Assembly (NCBI GenBank): GCA_902591485.1
Contig: CACJAV010000001.1
Coordinates: forward strand, 16,563 to 80,562
Source: an uncultured Alphaproteobacteria bacterium
Lineage (GTDB): Bacteria > Pseudomonadota > Alphaproteobacteria > HIMB59 > GCA-002718135
Direction of reading: 5' to 3'
DNA length: 64,000 nt
In this document: in pieces, positions 1-9,097 of the stretch
How the letters are laid out: each line of letters opens with the position of its first letter
Numbering within the stretch: the stretch's first letter is position 1
Position numbers and translations under genes: made by a program
The notes under the pieces: model-generated
The model's input: only the letters and a program-made list of their open reading frames with translations
What the model was told of the DNA's origin: nothing
Databases searched by the model: none

Positions 1-66
1 GAGGTATCTAAATATGTTAATAATCCTCAGAATAATGATTTTAAATGCATTGAGCCAATAAATTAA
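1..66 (+). CDS. C-terminal fragment of an ORF cut by the window edge (...EVSKYVNNPQNNDFKCIEPIN*)
   Basis: Frame 1 is open from the window edge to TAA at 64-66. No family recognisable. Confidence 0.2.
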   Translation, partial: EVSKYVNNPQNNDFKCIEPIN

Positions 67-103
67 TAATAGAAAATATTTTTTTTTTCTTTAATAGAAA
101 TCT

Positions 104-241
104 ATGCAAATTTTTAAAAAAAACGAATTTTGGTTATTAATTTTTTCAATAGGATTATTATATTGGCTATTTAATCCATCAGTATTAATGACTTTAGTAA
201 TGATAGTGCCTTTGCTTTTGGCAACTAGCGCTAAAAAATAA
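104..241 (+). CDS. possible 45-aa small hydrophobic (two-TM) protein, below the ORF-track size cutoff
   Basis: ATG at 104, TAA at 239-241. Translation by hand: MQIFKKNEFWLLIFSIGLLYWLFNPSVLMTLVMIVPLLLATSAKK. Fills an otherwise empty 220-nt gap. No homology recognisable. Confidence 0.25.
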   Translation: MQIFKKNEFWLLIFSIGLLYWLFNPSVLMTLVMIVPLLLATSAKK

Positions 242-285
242 ACCTTAAATATTGATATTTGAAGCACTTTAACTAATTAGATCTA

Positions 286-525
286 ATGGATAATAGAATT
301 GTAAACACCTCTCTAATACTAATTGCTGTTTCTTTTATGACTATCGCTGGAATATTCGCTTATAAGACATTTTTTTATGATCCCAAAAATGAATGGAAAT
401 TAGTATCTGATGACAATGAGAACGTTTATGTAGCAAAGAATAGAGGCGAAGATATTTGTTTTCTTTATACAAATACTTCAAATATGATTGATGGAAAATG
501 GGTAAAAACTCACTGTGATAACTAG
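286..525 (+). CDS. small membrane-anchored 2-Cys protein, paralog A (unknown function)
   Basis: One N-terminal TM helix (LILIAVSFMTIAGIFAY), then a ~50-aa domain with the conserved block YDPxNEWKLxSD...VKNRGEDIC...GKWxKTxCDN shared with the next ORF. Confidence 0.55.
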   Translation: MDNRIVNTSLILIAVSFMTIAGIFAYKTFFYDPKNEWKLVSDDNENVYVAKNRGEDICFLYTNTSNMIDGKWVKTHCDN

Positions 526-527
526 AT

Positions 528-779
528 ATGAATTATAAATTAGCGCACATCTGTATTATTTTATCTGCTCTTTCAGCTATCACAATTGCAGGAATATATG
601 CTTACAAGACTTTTTATTATGATCCCATAAATGAATGGAAACTAATTTCTGATGCTAAAAATCATGTTTATATTGTAAAAAATAGAGGTGAAGATATTTG
701 TCATTATTCTAGCAAAGAAATTATCAATAATGTTGGAATTACAGGTAAATGGCTTAAAACTAAATGTGATAATAACTAG
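528..779 (+). CDS. small membrane-anchored 2-Cys protein, paralog B (unknown function)
   Basis: Starts 2 nt after paralog A and has the same architecture and conserved blocks (ITIAGIYAYKTFYYDPINEWKLISD, VKNRGEDIC, GKWLKTKCDNN). Ends 2 nt before bcp. Confidence 0.55.
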   Translation: MNYKLAHICIILSALSAITIAGIYAYKTFYYDPINEWKLISDAKNHVYIVKNRGEDICHYSSKEIINNVGITGKWLKTKCDNN

Positions 780-781
780 TA

Positions 782-1231
782 ATGAGCAAGGCAATTAAGA
801 TAAAACTTCATCTTACTGATGGTACTAATTTCGATACATCCAATTTGAAAAATAAAACAGTTTTATTTTTTTATCCAAAAGCGCTTACAAGCGGATGCTC
901 TGTTGAAGTATCAGATTTTCAAAGAAAACTCTCGACGTTTAAAAAGTTAGGTTTTGATGTAATTGGCGCATCAAAAGATGACGTTGATAGAAATATAAAA
1001 TTTGTTGAAAAATTTAAATTAAAATATCCTTTAGGAACTGATGCAGGAAACGCTTGTGATAAACTGGGTATCTGGATAGAAAAATCTATGTATGGAAAAA
1101 AGTATTTTGGTATCAATAGATCTACATTCATTTTAGATAAAAAAGGTAAAATATTACATAGTTGGTCCAAGGTAAAAGTAAAAGATCATGTTGAAGAGGT
1201 TATTTCTTTTATTAAAGAAAACAAAATTTAA
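782..1231 (+). CDS. bcp: thiol peroxidase / peroxiredoxin, Bcp type
   Basis: 149 aa. Peroxidatic Cys motif FFYPKALTSGCSVEVSDF, typical Bcp length and AhpC/TSA fold sequence. Confidence 0.85.
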   Translation: MSKAIKIKLHLTDGTNFDTSNLKNKTVLFFYPKALTSGCSVEVSDFQRKLSTFKKLGFDVIGASKDDVDRNIKFVEKFKLKYPLGTDAGNACDKLGIWIEKSMYGKKYFGINRSTFILDKKGKILHSWSKVKVKDHVEEVISFIKENKI

Positions 1232-1232
1232 T

Positions 1233-2126
1233 TTATTTAATTTTACCAAGTTTTTTTTGTCTATTAATTACGAACAATCCACTTATACTAATAATCAATG
1301 CTCCTATAATCATATTCATTGATGGTATTTCGTTTAAAATTAAATATCCAAATAACATTCCAAAAACTATAACAGTATACCTTGATGAAGCAGTTAGTGA
1401 TAGTGGAGCATAAAAAATCGTTAGAACTGAAAAAGCATATGCAATTGTTAAAAAAATACTAGAAATTAATAAATTTGGCAAATATTCAAATTTAAAAGTA
1501 AATTCAAAAAATATAGATCCTATCCCTGAAAATAACGTCATTAATATTGATGTAATAAATATAATTTCAAAGCTATTATTTTTAGTTGCAATTCCTTTTG
1601 TTGCAATGTCTCTAATGGTTAAAAAAATTGCTGCTATAATGGGAAAAATAAATAAAAAATTAAAATTCATATTTTGAGGGTTAATTACAAACATAACTCC
1701 TATAAATCCAATAACTACTGCACCCCATCTCCGTATACCAACTTTTTCTTTTAAAAAAATAAAAGCAAATATTGTTACAAAAAAAGGATTAGTCATCAAT
1801 AAGGTATAAACTTCTGCAACAGGTAAAAGAATTAAACCAGTAAAAAAACAAATTGCAGTTAAAACTTCAAAAAGACCTCGTTGGTGATATTTTCTAATTT
1901 TAAATATATTAATAATATTCTTTTTTTCATAATATTTTAAATATAAAAATATAAGGAAGGTGGAAATTATGCCACGTAAAAAAATAACATTTATTACTGA
2001 CATATTATTTTTAGAGTCAACAACAATATCCTTAACTAACGTATCATTTATTGCAAAGCTTAGTTGACCAAGCATCATTAAAACGATACCAATTGTCCCT
2101 GCAGATAGAATATACTTGCTTTTCAT
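1233..2126 (-). CDS. DMT superfamily (EamA-type) permease
   Basis: 297 aa, ~10 TM, two EamA-like halves. Typical KEKVGIRRW loop between halves. Confidence 0.8.
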   Translation of the reverse strand: MKSKYILSAGTIGIVLMMLGQLSFAINDTLVKDIVVDSKNNMSVINVIFLRGIISTFLIFLYLKYYEKKNIINIFKIRKYHQRGLFEVLTAICFFTGLILLPVAEVYTLLMTNPFFVTIFAFIFLKEKVGIRRWGAVVIGFIGVMFVINPQNMNFNFLFIFPIIAAIFLTIRDIATKGIATKNNSFEIIFITSILMTLFSGIGSIFFEFTFKFEYLPNLLISSIFLTIAYAFSVLTIFYAPLSLTASSRYTVIVFGMLFGYLILNEIPSMNMIIGALIISISGLFVINRQKKLGKIK

Positions 2127-2152
2127 AATAAAAAAAATAATTAGTCACTAAT

Positions 2153-3487
2153 ATGCATAAATCAAATCAATCCCATCATTTATATGGATTTACTGACTTA
2201 AAAACCTTAAATGAAAGAGGTCCTGTAGTTATTTCTCATGGTAAAGGTATTTATGTATATGATATCTATGATAAGAAATATTTAGATGCAAATTCAGGAC
2301 TTTGGAATGCATGTGCAGGCTTTGATCACCCAGGATTAGTAGAAGTTGCGCAAAAACAATATTCCAAATTTGCTGGTTATCACTCATTATTTGGAAGGTT
2401 GTCTGAAGAAACATTAGAATTATCAGATAAGATTATTGAAGTATCGCCATTTAAAGATGGCAGGGTTTTCCTTTGTAACTCAGGCTCTGAAGCAAATGAC
2501 ACTATGGTTAAAATGCTGTGGATGTTACATGCTAGGAAAGGCAATCCTAAAAAAAGAAAAATTATAACAAGAATTAATGGCTATCATGGTGTTACACTTG
2601 GAGCAGCTTCTATGACAGGTAAACCATATAATGGAGAATTTCAATTACCCTTAGATGGGTTTATTCATGCTGATTGTCCCCACTATTGGAAATTTGGTAA
2701 CGAAGGTGAAACTGAAGAAGAATTTTCTAAAAGAATGGCAAATAATTTAGAGAAGTTAATTTTAAAAGAAGGATCTGATACAATTGCTGGATTTGTTGCT
2801 GAGCCTGTTCAAGGTGCTGGAGGTGTAATTCCTCCCTCAAAAAATTATTTTGATTTAATTCAACCAATATTAAAAAAATATAAAATACCTTTTGTTGCAG
2901 ACGAAGTTATTTGTGGTTTTGGAAGAACTGGAAACTTATGGGGATGTGATACGTATAATATCAAACCAGATATAATTATTTCTTCAAAATGTCTAACTGC
3001 AGGTTTTTTTCCAATGGGTGCTGTAATTGTAAATAAAGAATTTGCAGATGACTTTACTTCTGTTTCTGAAGATGCAGAAGAGTTCCCTCATGGTTTTACT
3101 GCAGGAGGGCATCCAGTAGGATGTGCAATAGCATTAAAAGCTATTGATGTGATTATTAATGAGGGCTTATTAGAAAATGTCAGAAGTGTTTCTCCTTATT
3201 TTCATGAAAGACTTAATGAATTTAATGAGTATGATCACATTGGTGAAACAAGAGGGATCGGTCTGATGGCTGCTCTAGAAATGGTTAAAGACAAAAAAAC
3301 AAAAGAACCTTTTGAAGGTCATCTAAATATGGGTGATAAAGTAGCAAACATGTCAATTGATAACGGTTTAATATGCAGACCTTTAGGACCTGCTATTGTA
3401 TTGTGTCCACAATTTATAATCAATAAAGCTCAAATTGATGAAATGTTTAACAGTCTTCATAATACTTTAAAACAAGCTTTTAATTAG
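2153..3487 (+). CDS. class-III PLP-dependent aminotransferase (omega-amino acid:pyruvate/putrescine type)
   Basis: 444 aa. Motifs SGSEANDTMVKML, DEVICGFGRTGNLWG, PLP-lysine context SSKCLTAG. Confidence 0.85.
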   Translation: MHKSNQSHHLYGFTDLKTLNERGPVVISHGKGIYVYDIYDKKYLDANSGLWNACAGFDHPGLVEVAQKQYSKFAGYHSLFGRLSEETLELSDKIIEVSPFKDGRVFLCNSGSEANDTMVKMLWMLHARKGNPKKRKIITRINGYHGVTLGAASMTGKPYNGEFQLPLDGFIHADCPHYWKFGNEGETEEEFSKRMANNLEKLILKEGSDTIAGFVAEPVQGAGGVIPPSKNYFDLIQPILKKYKIPFVADEVICGFGRTGNLWGCDTYNIKPDIIISSKCLTAGFFPMGAVIVNKEFADDFTSVSEDAEEFPHGFTAGGHPVGCAIALKAIDVIINEGLLENVRSVSPYFHERLNEFNEYDHIGETRGIGLMAALEMVKDKKTKEPFEGHLNMGDKVANMSIDNGLICRPLGPAIVLCPQFIINKAQIDEMFNSLHNTLKQAFN

Positions 3488-3783
3488 TTTGTTTCGTATT
3501 TAACTATAAAACCTGAGTATTTAACATTGCTTATTATACTAGATGGAATAACTCCTTCTACAAGAGCAAGCTCAGGGCCAGTTTTTGATTTTTCAGTTAT
3601 TGATAATATAGATTGCATATCACCTTGAATAATTGCCTCTACTTCGTCTTTACTTTCTTTATTTTGCACATATCCATTTAAACCAAGTGAAATTGCCAAA
3701 TCACTAAACCAATGTCTAAAACCAACATTTTGAACTTTTCCTTTAATAATTAATCTATAAGTTTTAATTTCTTTATTTTCCAT
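3484..3783 (-). CDS. acyP: acylphosphatase
   Basis: 99 aa. Signature IKGKVQNVGFRHW and GYVQN...VEAIIQG. Its 3' end overlaps the aminotransferase stop by 4 nt. Confidence 0.75.
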   Translation of the reverse strand: MENKEIKTYRLIIKGKVQNVGFRHWFSDLAISLGLNGYVQNKESKDEVEAIIQGDMQSILSITEKSKTGPELALVEGVIPSSIISNVKYSGFIVKYETN

Positions 3784-3848
3784 AAATATTGTATTGTTAA
3801 TTAAATATAAGAACTTAATCTTTCAATACAATCGTTATTAAGAAAAAT

Positions 3849-4724
3849 ATGAGAAAAAATATTATATTAGCATCCTCTGCATTATTGTTATCGAGTATTT
3901 TTTTTGTAATTAATGATGCAATAATTAACTATTTATCCTCTAATGATATTCAATTTTATCATTTTATTTTTTATGGAACCCCTGCCTATTTAAGTATTCC
4001 AATTTATTTATTTTTTAAAAAAAATTTAAAAAAACATTTAGTTAGTAGTAATTATAAAATTTTGATTATTAGATCTTTAATCTTCTCTCCAATGCCTTTT
4101 ATAACTTTTTTAGCACTAAAAAATATAAGTTTGCCAGAGTTTACGACATTAAATATGTCATCACCATTAGTAGGAGCTATATTGGCTTTTTTTATTTTAA
4201 AAGAAAAACTAAATTTTTATATTTATACTTCTCTTTTATTTGGCTTCACCGGTGTATTATTTGTAGTTCAGCCAGGTTTTGATACCTTTAATATTTATTT
4301 CCTTGTAACTTTGTTAGGGGTTTTTTTTATTACTTTAAGCACTGTAATAGTTAATAAATATAATAATATTGCTACAGCAATAGGATATTTTATTTACGGT
4401 GGTTTAATTATACATATAACATCATTTATTTTATTTTTAATAGATCCTTTAAAAGTAGATTTAAAAATTTTTTTTTTAATAACAACTGCTTCAATATTTA
4501 TTAACCTTGCTATTTTTTTAGCTACGTATTCATTTAGAATGGCACAAAAATACTATTCAGCAATTTTTTGCTTGGTCTATTTACAGATTGTCTGGTCATC
4601 ATTGATAGGTCTTTATTTCTTTAATGAGTATCTTAATAAATATGCATTAATTGGGGCCATTTTAATTGTTTTTAGCGGTTTAATTTCTGTACCTGGCCAA
4701 ATCAAACAAGTATATGGCAAATAA
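3849..4724 (+). CDS. DMT superfamily (EamA-type) permease
   Basis: 291 aa polytopic membrane protein with two EamA-like repeats. Confidence 0.7.
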   Translation: MRKNIILASSALLLSSIFFVINDAIINYLSSNDIQFYHFIFYGTPAYLSIPIYLFFKKNLKKHLVSSNYKILIIRSLIFSPMPFITFLALKNISLPEFTTLNMSSPLVGAILAFFILKEKLNFYIYTSLLFGFTGVLFVVQPGFDTFNIYFLVTLLGVFFITLSTVIVNKYNNIATAIGYFIYGGLIIHITSFILFLIDPLKVDLKIFFLITTASIFINLAIFLATYSFRMAQKYYSAIFCLVYLQIVWSSLIGLYFFNEYLNKYALIGAILIVFSGLISVPGQIKQVYGK

Positions 4725-5601
4725 TTATATTGCGATAACGCTAAAAATTTTTTCTGTAATTTTTTTTGTATTAATGGATGTATTAATTAAAAAACTATCT
4801 GCAGATTTTAATACTTTTCAAATTGTTTTTTTTAGATGCTTTTTTGGAATTTTCCCTGTTTTGATTATGATGTATTTTACTAACTCAACACCTAAAACTA
4901 ATAAAATAAATTTACATTTGTTAAGAGCCGTTATTGCTTGTTTAGCTATGTTTTGTTTTTTTAGAGCATTTGGTATTTTACCTTTAGCGGATGTTTCATC
5001 AATAAGTTTTGCAAGCATTATGATCATTACAATTCTTGCAATTTTTATTTTGAAAGAAAAAGTTGGGATTAGAAGATGGTTAGCAATTTTTTTTGGATTT
5101 ATTGGAGTATTAATCATTTTTAGGCCAGGTACATCTTTGTTTAGTCTTTATTCAATTTATCCTCTTATAGGTGCATTTGCACTTTCGTTTGCAGTAATAA
5201 TCATGAAAAAATTACTTTCATATGACACCCCTCCTACTTGTAGTTTTTATCTTCACGCATTTGTTTCTTTATTCTATTTGCCTATTCTTATCTTCAATTG
5301 GCAACAACCAACGTTAAATTTATGGTTATTATTAATTGCTATGGGATTTTGTGGAGGTATCGCCCAAATACTATTAACTAATGCTTATAAAATCTCAACG
5401 GTTAATCTTTTACAACCTTTTGATTACACAGCTATAATCTGGGCAATAACTTTTGGAATTATATTTTTTAATGATTATCCTGATAAATATGTAATTATTG
5501 GCAGCATAGTAATTGTTATTTCAACATATTATATTATTTATAGAGAAAATAAATTAGGCAAAAAAATCAACACCCTTAAAGTTAACCAAAGGCAAATATG
5601 A
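4714..5601 (+). CDS. DMT superfamily (EamA-type) permease
   Basis: 295 aa, ~10 TM, LKEKVGIRRW inter-repeat loop. Overlaps the upstream DMT gene by 11 nt and the downstream FKBP gene by 4 nt. Confidence 0.75.
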   Translation: MANNYIAITLKIFSVIFFVLMDVLIKKLSADFNTFQIVFFRCFFGIFPVLIMMYFTNSTPKTNKINLHLLRAVIACLAMFCFFRAFGILPLADVSSISFASIMIITILAIFILKEKVGIRRWLAIFFGFIGVLIIFRPGTSLFSLYSIYPLIGAFALSFAVIIMKKLLSYDTPPTCSFYLHAFVSLFYLPILIFNWQQPTLNLWLLLIAMGFCGGIAQILLTNAYKISTVNLLQPFDYTAIIWAITFGIIFFNDYPDKYVIIGSIVIVISTYYIIYRENKLGKKINTLKVNQRQI

Positions 5602-6320
5602 AAAAAATTATTATAATTTTATTATTTCTATCAAAAATAACGCTGGCAAACACTGTCACAGTTAAAAATAATATAGAGGGTGAAGGTGCAGAAATACTTT
5701 TACATTCAAAAATTTTAGTTCATTACACTGGAAAGCTTGAGGATGGCACCGTTTTTGATAGTAGTTATGATAGGGGGCAGCCGTTTAGTTTTCAAATAGG
5801 ATTAAGGCAAGTAATTGAGGGTTGGGAACAAGGGCTTTTAGGAATGAAAGTTGGAGGTAAAAGAACAATATTTATACCTTCAGAACTTGGTTATGGAGAT
5901 AGGGGCGCAGGTGATCTTATACCACCAAATGCTAATCTTGTTTTTGATATTGAAATTATCGATGTACAACTTCCGAATTATAAACTTGTAGTTTCTAGTG
6001 AAATAGAAAAACTTCTTAAAGATAATTTTAAGTTCATTGATATAAGGACAAAAAAAGAAAGAGATAATACTGGAATTATTCCAGGCTCTTTAGAAATAAC
6101 TGCTTTTGACATTTATGGAAAATTTGTTCCAGAATTTATGAAAACTTTTCAAGATCTTGTTGATTTAAATGACAATATTGTTTTTATTAGTAATGAGGGA
6201 GAAATATCTTCAATTTTAGCAAATGGTTTTGCGGAACAACTTGGAGCAAAGAATATGCATTCATTAAAAGGGGGAATTCAACAACTTCTTAAAGAAAATT
6301 ATCAACTAACTAAAAATTAA
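5598..6320 (+). CDS. secreted FKBP-type peptidyl-prolyl isomerase fused to a rhodanese-like domain
   Basis: Signal peptide MKKIIIILLFLSKITLA. FKBP motifs HYTGKLEDGTVFDSSYDRGQPFSFQIG and GYGDRGAGDLIPPNANLVFDIEIIDV. C-terminal ~110 aa are rhodanese-like (FIDIRTKKERDNTGIIPGS...VFISNEGEISS...LKGGI), with Ser where the catalytic Cys is expected. Confidence 0.8.
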   Translation: MKKIIIILLFLSKITLANTVTVKNNIEGEGAEILLHSKILVHYTGKLEDGTVFDSSYDRGQPFSFQIGLRQVIEGWEQGLLGMKVGGKRTIFIPSELGYGDRGAGDLIPPNANLVFDIEIIDVQLPNYKLVVSSEIEKLLKDNFKFIDIRTKKERDNTGIIPGSLEITAFDIYGKFVPEFMKTFQDLVDLNDNIVFISNEGEISSILANGFAEQLGAKNMHSLKGGIQQLLKENYQLTKN

Positions 6321-7113
6321 TTTTTAAATTTTGATTTGATGCTGTGTCTAAAATAAACTGCCATGCAGTTCTGCCTGTTCTATTTCCTCTTCGTAAGCTC
6401 CACTGAATCGCTTTCTTTTTAATACTCTCATCATAATTAATTTTATAAAACTGACAGTAGGTTTCGATAATTTTTAAATAATCAATTTGTGATAATTTAT
6501 GAAATCCAATCCAAAGACCAAATCTATCACTTAGACTAATCTTCTCTTCAACACTTTCATCTGTATGTATTGCTGATGATCTTTCATTGTCTATCATATC
6601 TCTTGGCATAAGATGGCGTCGATTAGACGAAACATATAATAAAATATTATTAGGTTGATTTTGAATACTTCCATCTAATGTTGATTTTATAATTTTGTAA
6701 TCACTATCTATTTTTTCAAATGATAAATCGTCAATAAAAATAATAAATCTGTAATAATATAATTTTCCAATAATTTGATATAAATACTCAATATCAAAAA
6801 TATTGTTTTTGTTAAGTTGAATTAATTTTAAATTATTGTGTTTTGATAAAACTTTATGAAATACTGATTTGATTAGAGAGCTTTTTCCATTTCCTCTTGC
6901 TCCCCATAGAAGGGCATTATTAGTGAAATTACCCTCAGCAAAATTTATCGTATTATTTAATAAAATTTCTTTTTGACTATCAATACCTATAATTAGATTT
7001 AAATTTAATGGTGTAAAATCCTTAATAGGATGGATACTTTTGTTTTCATTTTTCCAAATAAAATAAGCATTTCGCTTAACAGTTTCTTTTAATAAAAAAT
7101 TTTTAAAAAACAT
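6310..7113 (-). CDS. AAA-type ATP-binding protein (DUF815 family)
   Basis: 267 aa. Walker A LLWGARGNGKSSLIKS, Walker B-like FIIFIDDLSF. This family commonly neighbours yajC-secDF in alphaproteobacteria. Confidence 0.7.
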   Translation of the reverse strand: MFFKNFLLKETVKRNAYFIWKNENKSIHPIKDFTPLNLNLIIGIDSQKEILLNNTINFAEGNFTNNALLWGARGNGKSSLIKSVFHKVLSKHNNLKLIQLNKNNIFDIEYLYQIIGKLYYYRFIIFIDDLSFEKIDSDYKIIKSTLDGSIQNQPNNILLYVSSNRRHLMPRDMIDNERSSAIHTDESVEEKISLSDRFGLWIGFHKLSQIDYLKIIETYCQFYKINYDESIKKKAIQWSLRRGNRTGRTAWQFILDTASNQNLKINF

Positions 7114-7189
7114 GTGATTTCGTTACTTTAATTGCTTTTTTCTTTTACACAGTATAAGAAATCTCTCAAATTAATAATCAAGGAAATTT

Positions 7190-7540
7190 ATGGAATCAAT
7201 TGGCGCTTTTCTACCATTAATTTTAATTTTTGGTGTTTTTTATATCCTATTAATTAGACCTCAACAAAAGAAGGTAAAACAGCATCGCGAAATGCTAAAT
7301 AACCTTAGAAGAGGAGATAAAATAATTACCTCTGGTGGAATTATAGGAACAATTAACAAAGTAGCAGATAACAGAGAATTGCAAGTGCAGGTTTCTGAAA
7401 ATGTTGAAATAAAAATTGCACCTGGAATGGTTGCTGATCTTTATATTTCTGCTGAAACAGAAAAAAAACAACAAGTAAAAGAAACTAAAAATGAAACAAA
7501 AGGTGGATTATTATCAGGTCTTTTGGGTAAGAAAAAATAA
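7190..7540 (+). CDS. yajC: preprotein translocase subunit YajC
   Basis: 116 aa. Single TM, then LIRPQQKKVKQHREMLNNLRRGDKIITSGGIIGTI. Lies upstream of secDF. Confidence 0.85.
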   Translation: MESIGAFLPLILIFGVFYILLIRPQQKKVKQHREMLNNLRRGDKIITSGGIIGTINKVADNRELQVQVSENVEIKIAPGMVADLYISAETEKKQQVKETKNETKGGLLSGLLGKKK

Positions 7541-7546
7541 ATCAAT

Positions 7547-9097
7547 ATGAAAAATTATCCTCTATGGAAGATTTTTATAGTTATCATTTTATTATTTTTA
7601 GGTATCATATTTGCTATACCATCTTTGCTATATAAAGAAAATACAGGTAGTTGGTATCTAGATAATCGTTTAAATCTCGGTTTAGATTTGCAAGGCGGCT
7701 CTTATCTACTTCTTGAAGTTCAAACAGATGTTTTAATTAAGGAAGAATTTGAAAATTTTAGTGATACCGTTAGAATAATTGCAAGAGAGAATAGAGTTAA
7801 AATTAATAATATCGAAAAGAATGATGAAGCTTTAAAAGTTCGATTTGATAGTGGAGATAAATTAAAAATTATTCGTGAAGAATTTCTAAAAAATTATCGC
7901 TCTGTAAATTTTGCTATAACAAATAATATTATTTCAATAACAATTGATGAAATATACAAAAAATCTATTCAAGACGCAGCTATCAAACAGTCATTAGAAA
8001 TTGTAAGAAAAAGAATAGATGAATCTGGCACAAAAGAACCTTTAATTCAACGATCTGGCAGAGATAGAATTCTTCTTCAATTACCCGGTGTAAAAGATCC
8101 TGAAAGAATAAAAGATCTTTTAGGTAAAACAGCTAAGTTAAATTTCCATATGGTAGATGACGACGATACAAAATCTTTATCACTAAATATTGCTCCTTTT
8201 GGTAGAATGATTGTTTCAGATATTGATAATGAAGATATTAAATATTTATTAGAAAAAAAATCACGGGTAGGGGGTGAAAATTTAATTGATGCTTATGCTT
8301 CATTTGATCCCACAGAAGGACATGCTGTTTCTTTCAGATTTGATACAACCGGTGCGCAAAAATTTGGTAAAGCAACTTCTGAAAATATAGGAAAAAGATT
8401 TGCAGTTGTTTTAGACGGTGTTGTAATTACTGCACCAGTTATTAACTCGGCAATTACTGGTGGATCAGGTATAATAACTGGAAACTTTACTTCTCAGGAA
8501 GCAACAGATTTGGCAGTTTTGTTAAGAGCTGGAGCATTACCCGCCCCATTAGAAATTGTTGAAGAGAGATCTGTCGGTCCTGGACTTGGGGCAGACTCAA
8601 TAGCAGCTGGCAAGATTGCTGCTATAATAGGAATGGTACTTGTTTGTATATTTATGGTTCTCATTTATGGATCTTTTGGTTTAATTGCCAACATATCACT
8701 CATAGCTAATTTATTTATAATAATTGCTTTACTTGGAACAATTGGTGCTACTCTAACTTTACCTGGTATTGCCGGTATAGTTTTAACAATTGGAATGGCA
8801 GTTGATGCAAATGTTTTAATCTTTGAGAGAATTAAAGAAGAAAATACCAAAAATAAAAAGGTATATGAAACAATCAAAAAAGGTTTTGATAGAGCTCTTT
8901 CGACTATTTTAGATGCCAATATAACAACATTAATTGCATCCTTATTATTGTTTATATTTGGCTCTGGACCAATAAAAGGTTTTTCAATTACTTTATCTTT
9001 AGGAGTAATTGCATCAATGTTTACTGCATTGATGCTTACTAATCTTTTAGTCCATTTTTATATTTCTTTTGCTTCAAAAAAGGAGATTAATTTATAA
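7547..9097 (+). CDS. secD: protein translocase subunit SecD
   Basis: 516 aa. GLDLQGGSYLLLEV, large periplasmic domain, C-terminal 5-TM block with VDANVLIFERIKEE. Confidence 0.9.
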   Translation: MKNYPLWKIFIVIILLFLGIIFAIPSLLYKENTGSWYLDNRLNLGLDLQGGSYLLLEVQTDVLIKEEFENFSDTVRIIARENRVKINNIEKNDEALKVRFDSGDKLKIIREEFLKNYRSVNFAITNNIISITIDEIYKKSIQDAAIKQSLEIVRKRIDESGTKEPLIQRSGRDRILLQLPGVKDPERIKDLLGKTAKLNFHMVDDDDTKSLSLNIAPFGRMIVSDIDNEDIKYLLEKKSRVGGENLIDAYASFDPTEGHAVSFRFDTTGAQKFGKATSENIGKRFAVVLDGVVITAPVINSAITGGSGIITGNFTSQEATDLAVLLRAGALPAPLEIVEERSVGPGLGADSIAAGKIAAIIGMVLVCIFMVLIYGSFGLIANISLIANLFIIIALLGTIGATLTLPGIAGIVLTIGMAVDANVLIFERIKEENTKNKKVYETIKKGFDRALSTILDANITTLIASLLLFIFGSGPIKGFSITLSLGVIASMFTALMLTNLLVHFYISFASKKEINL

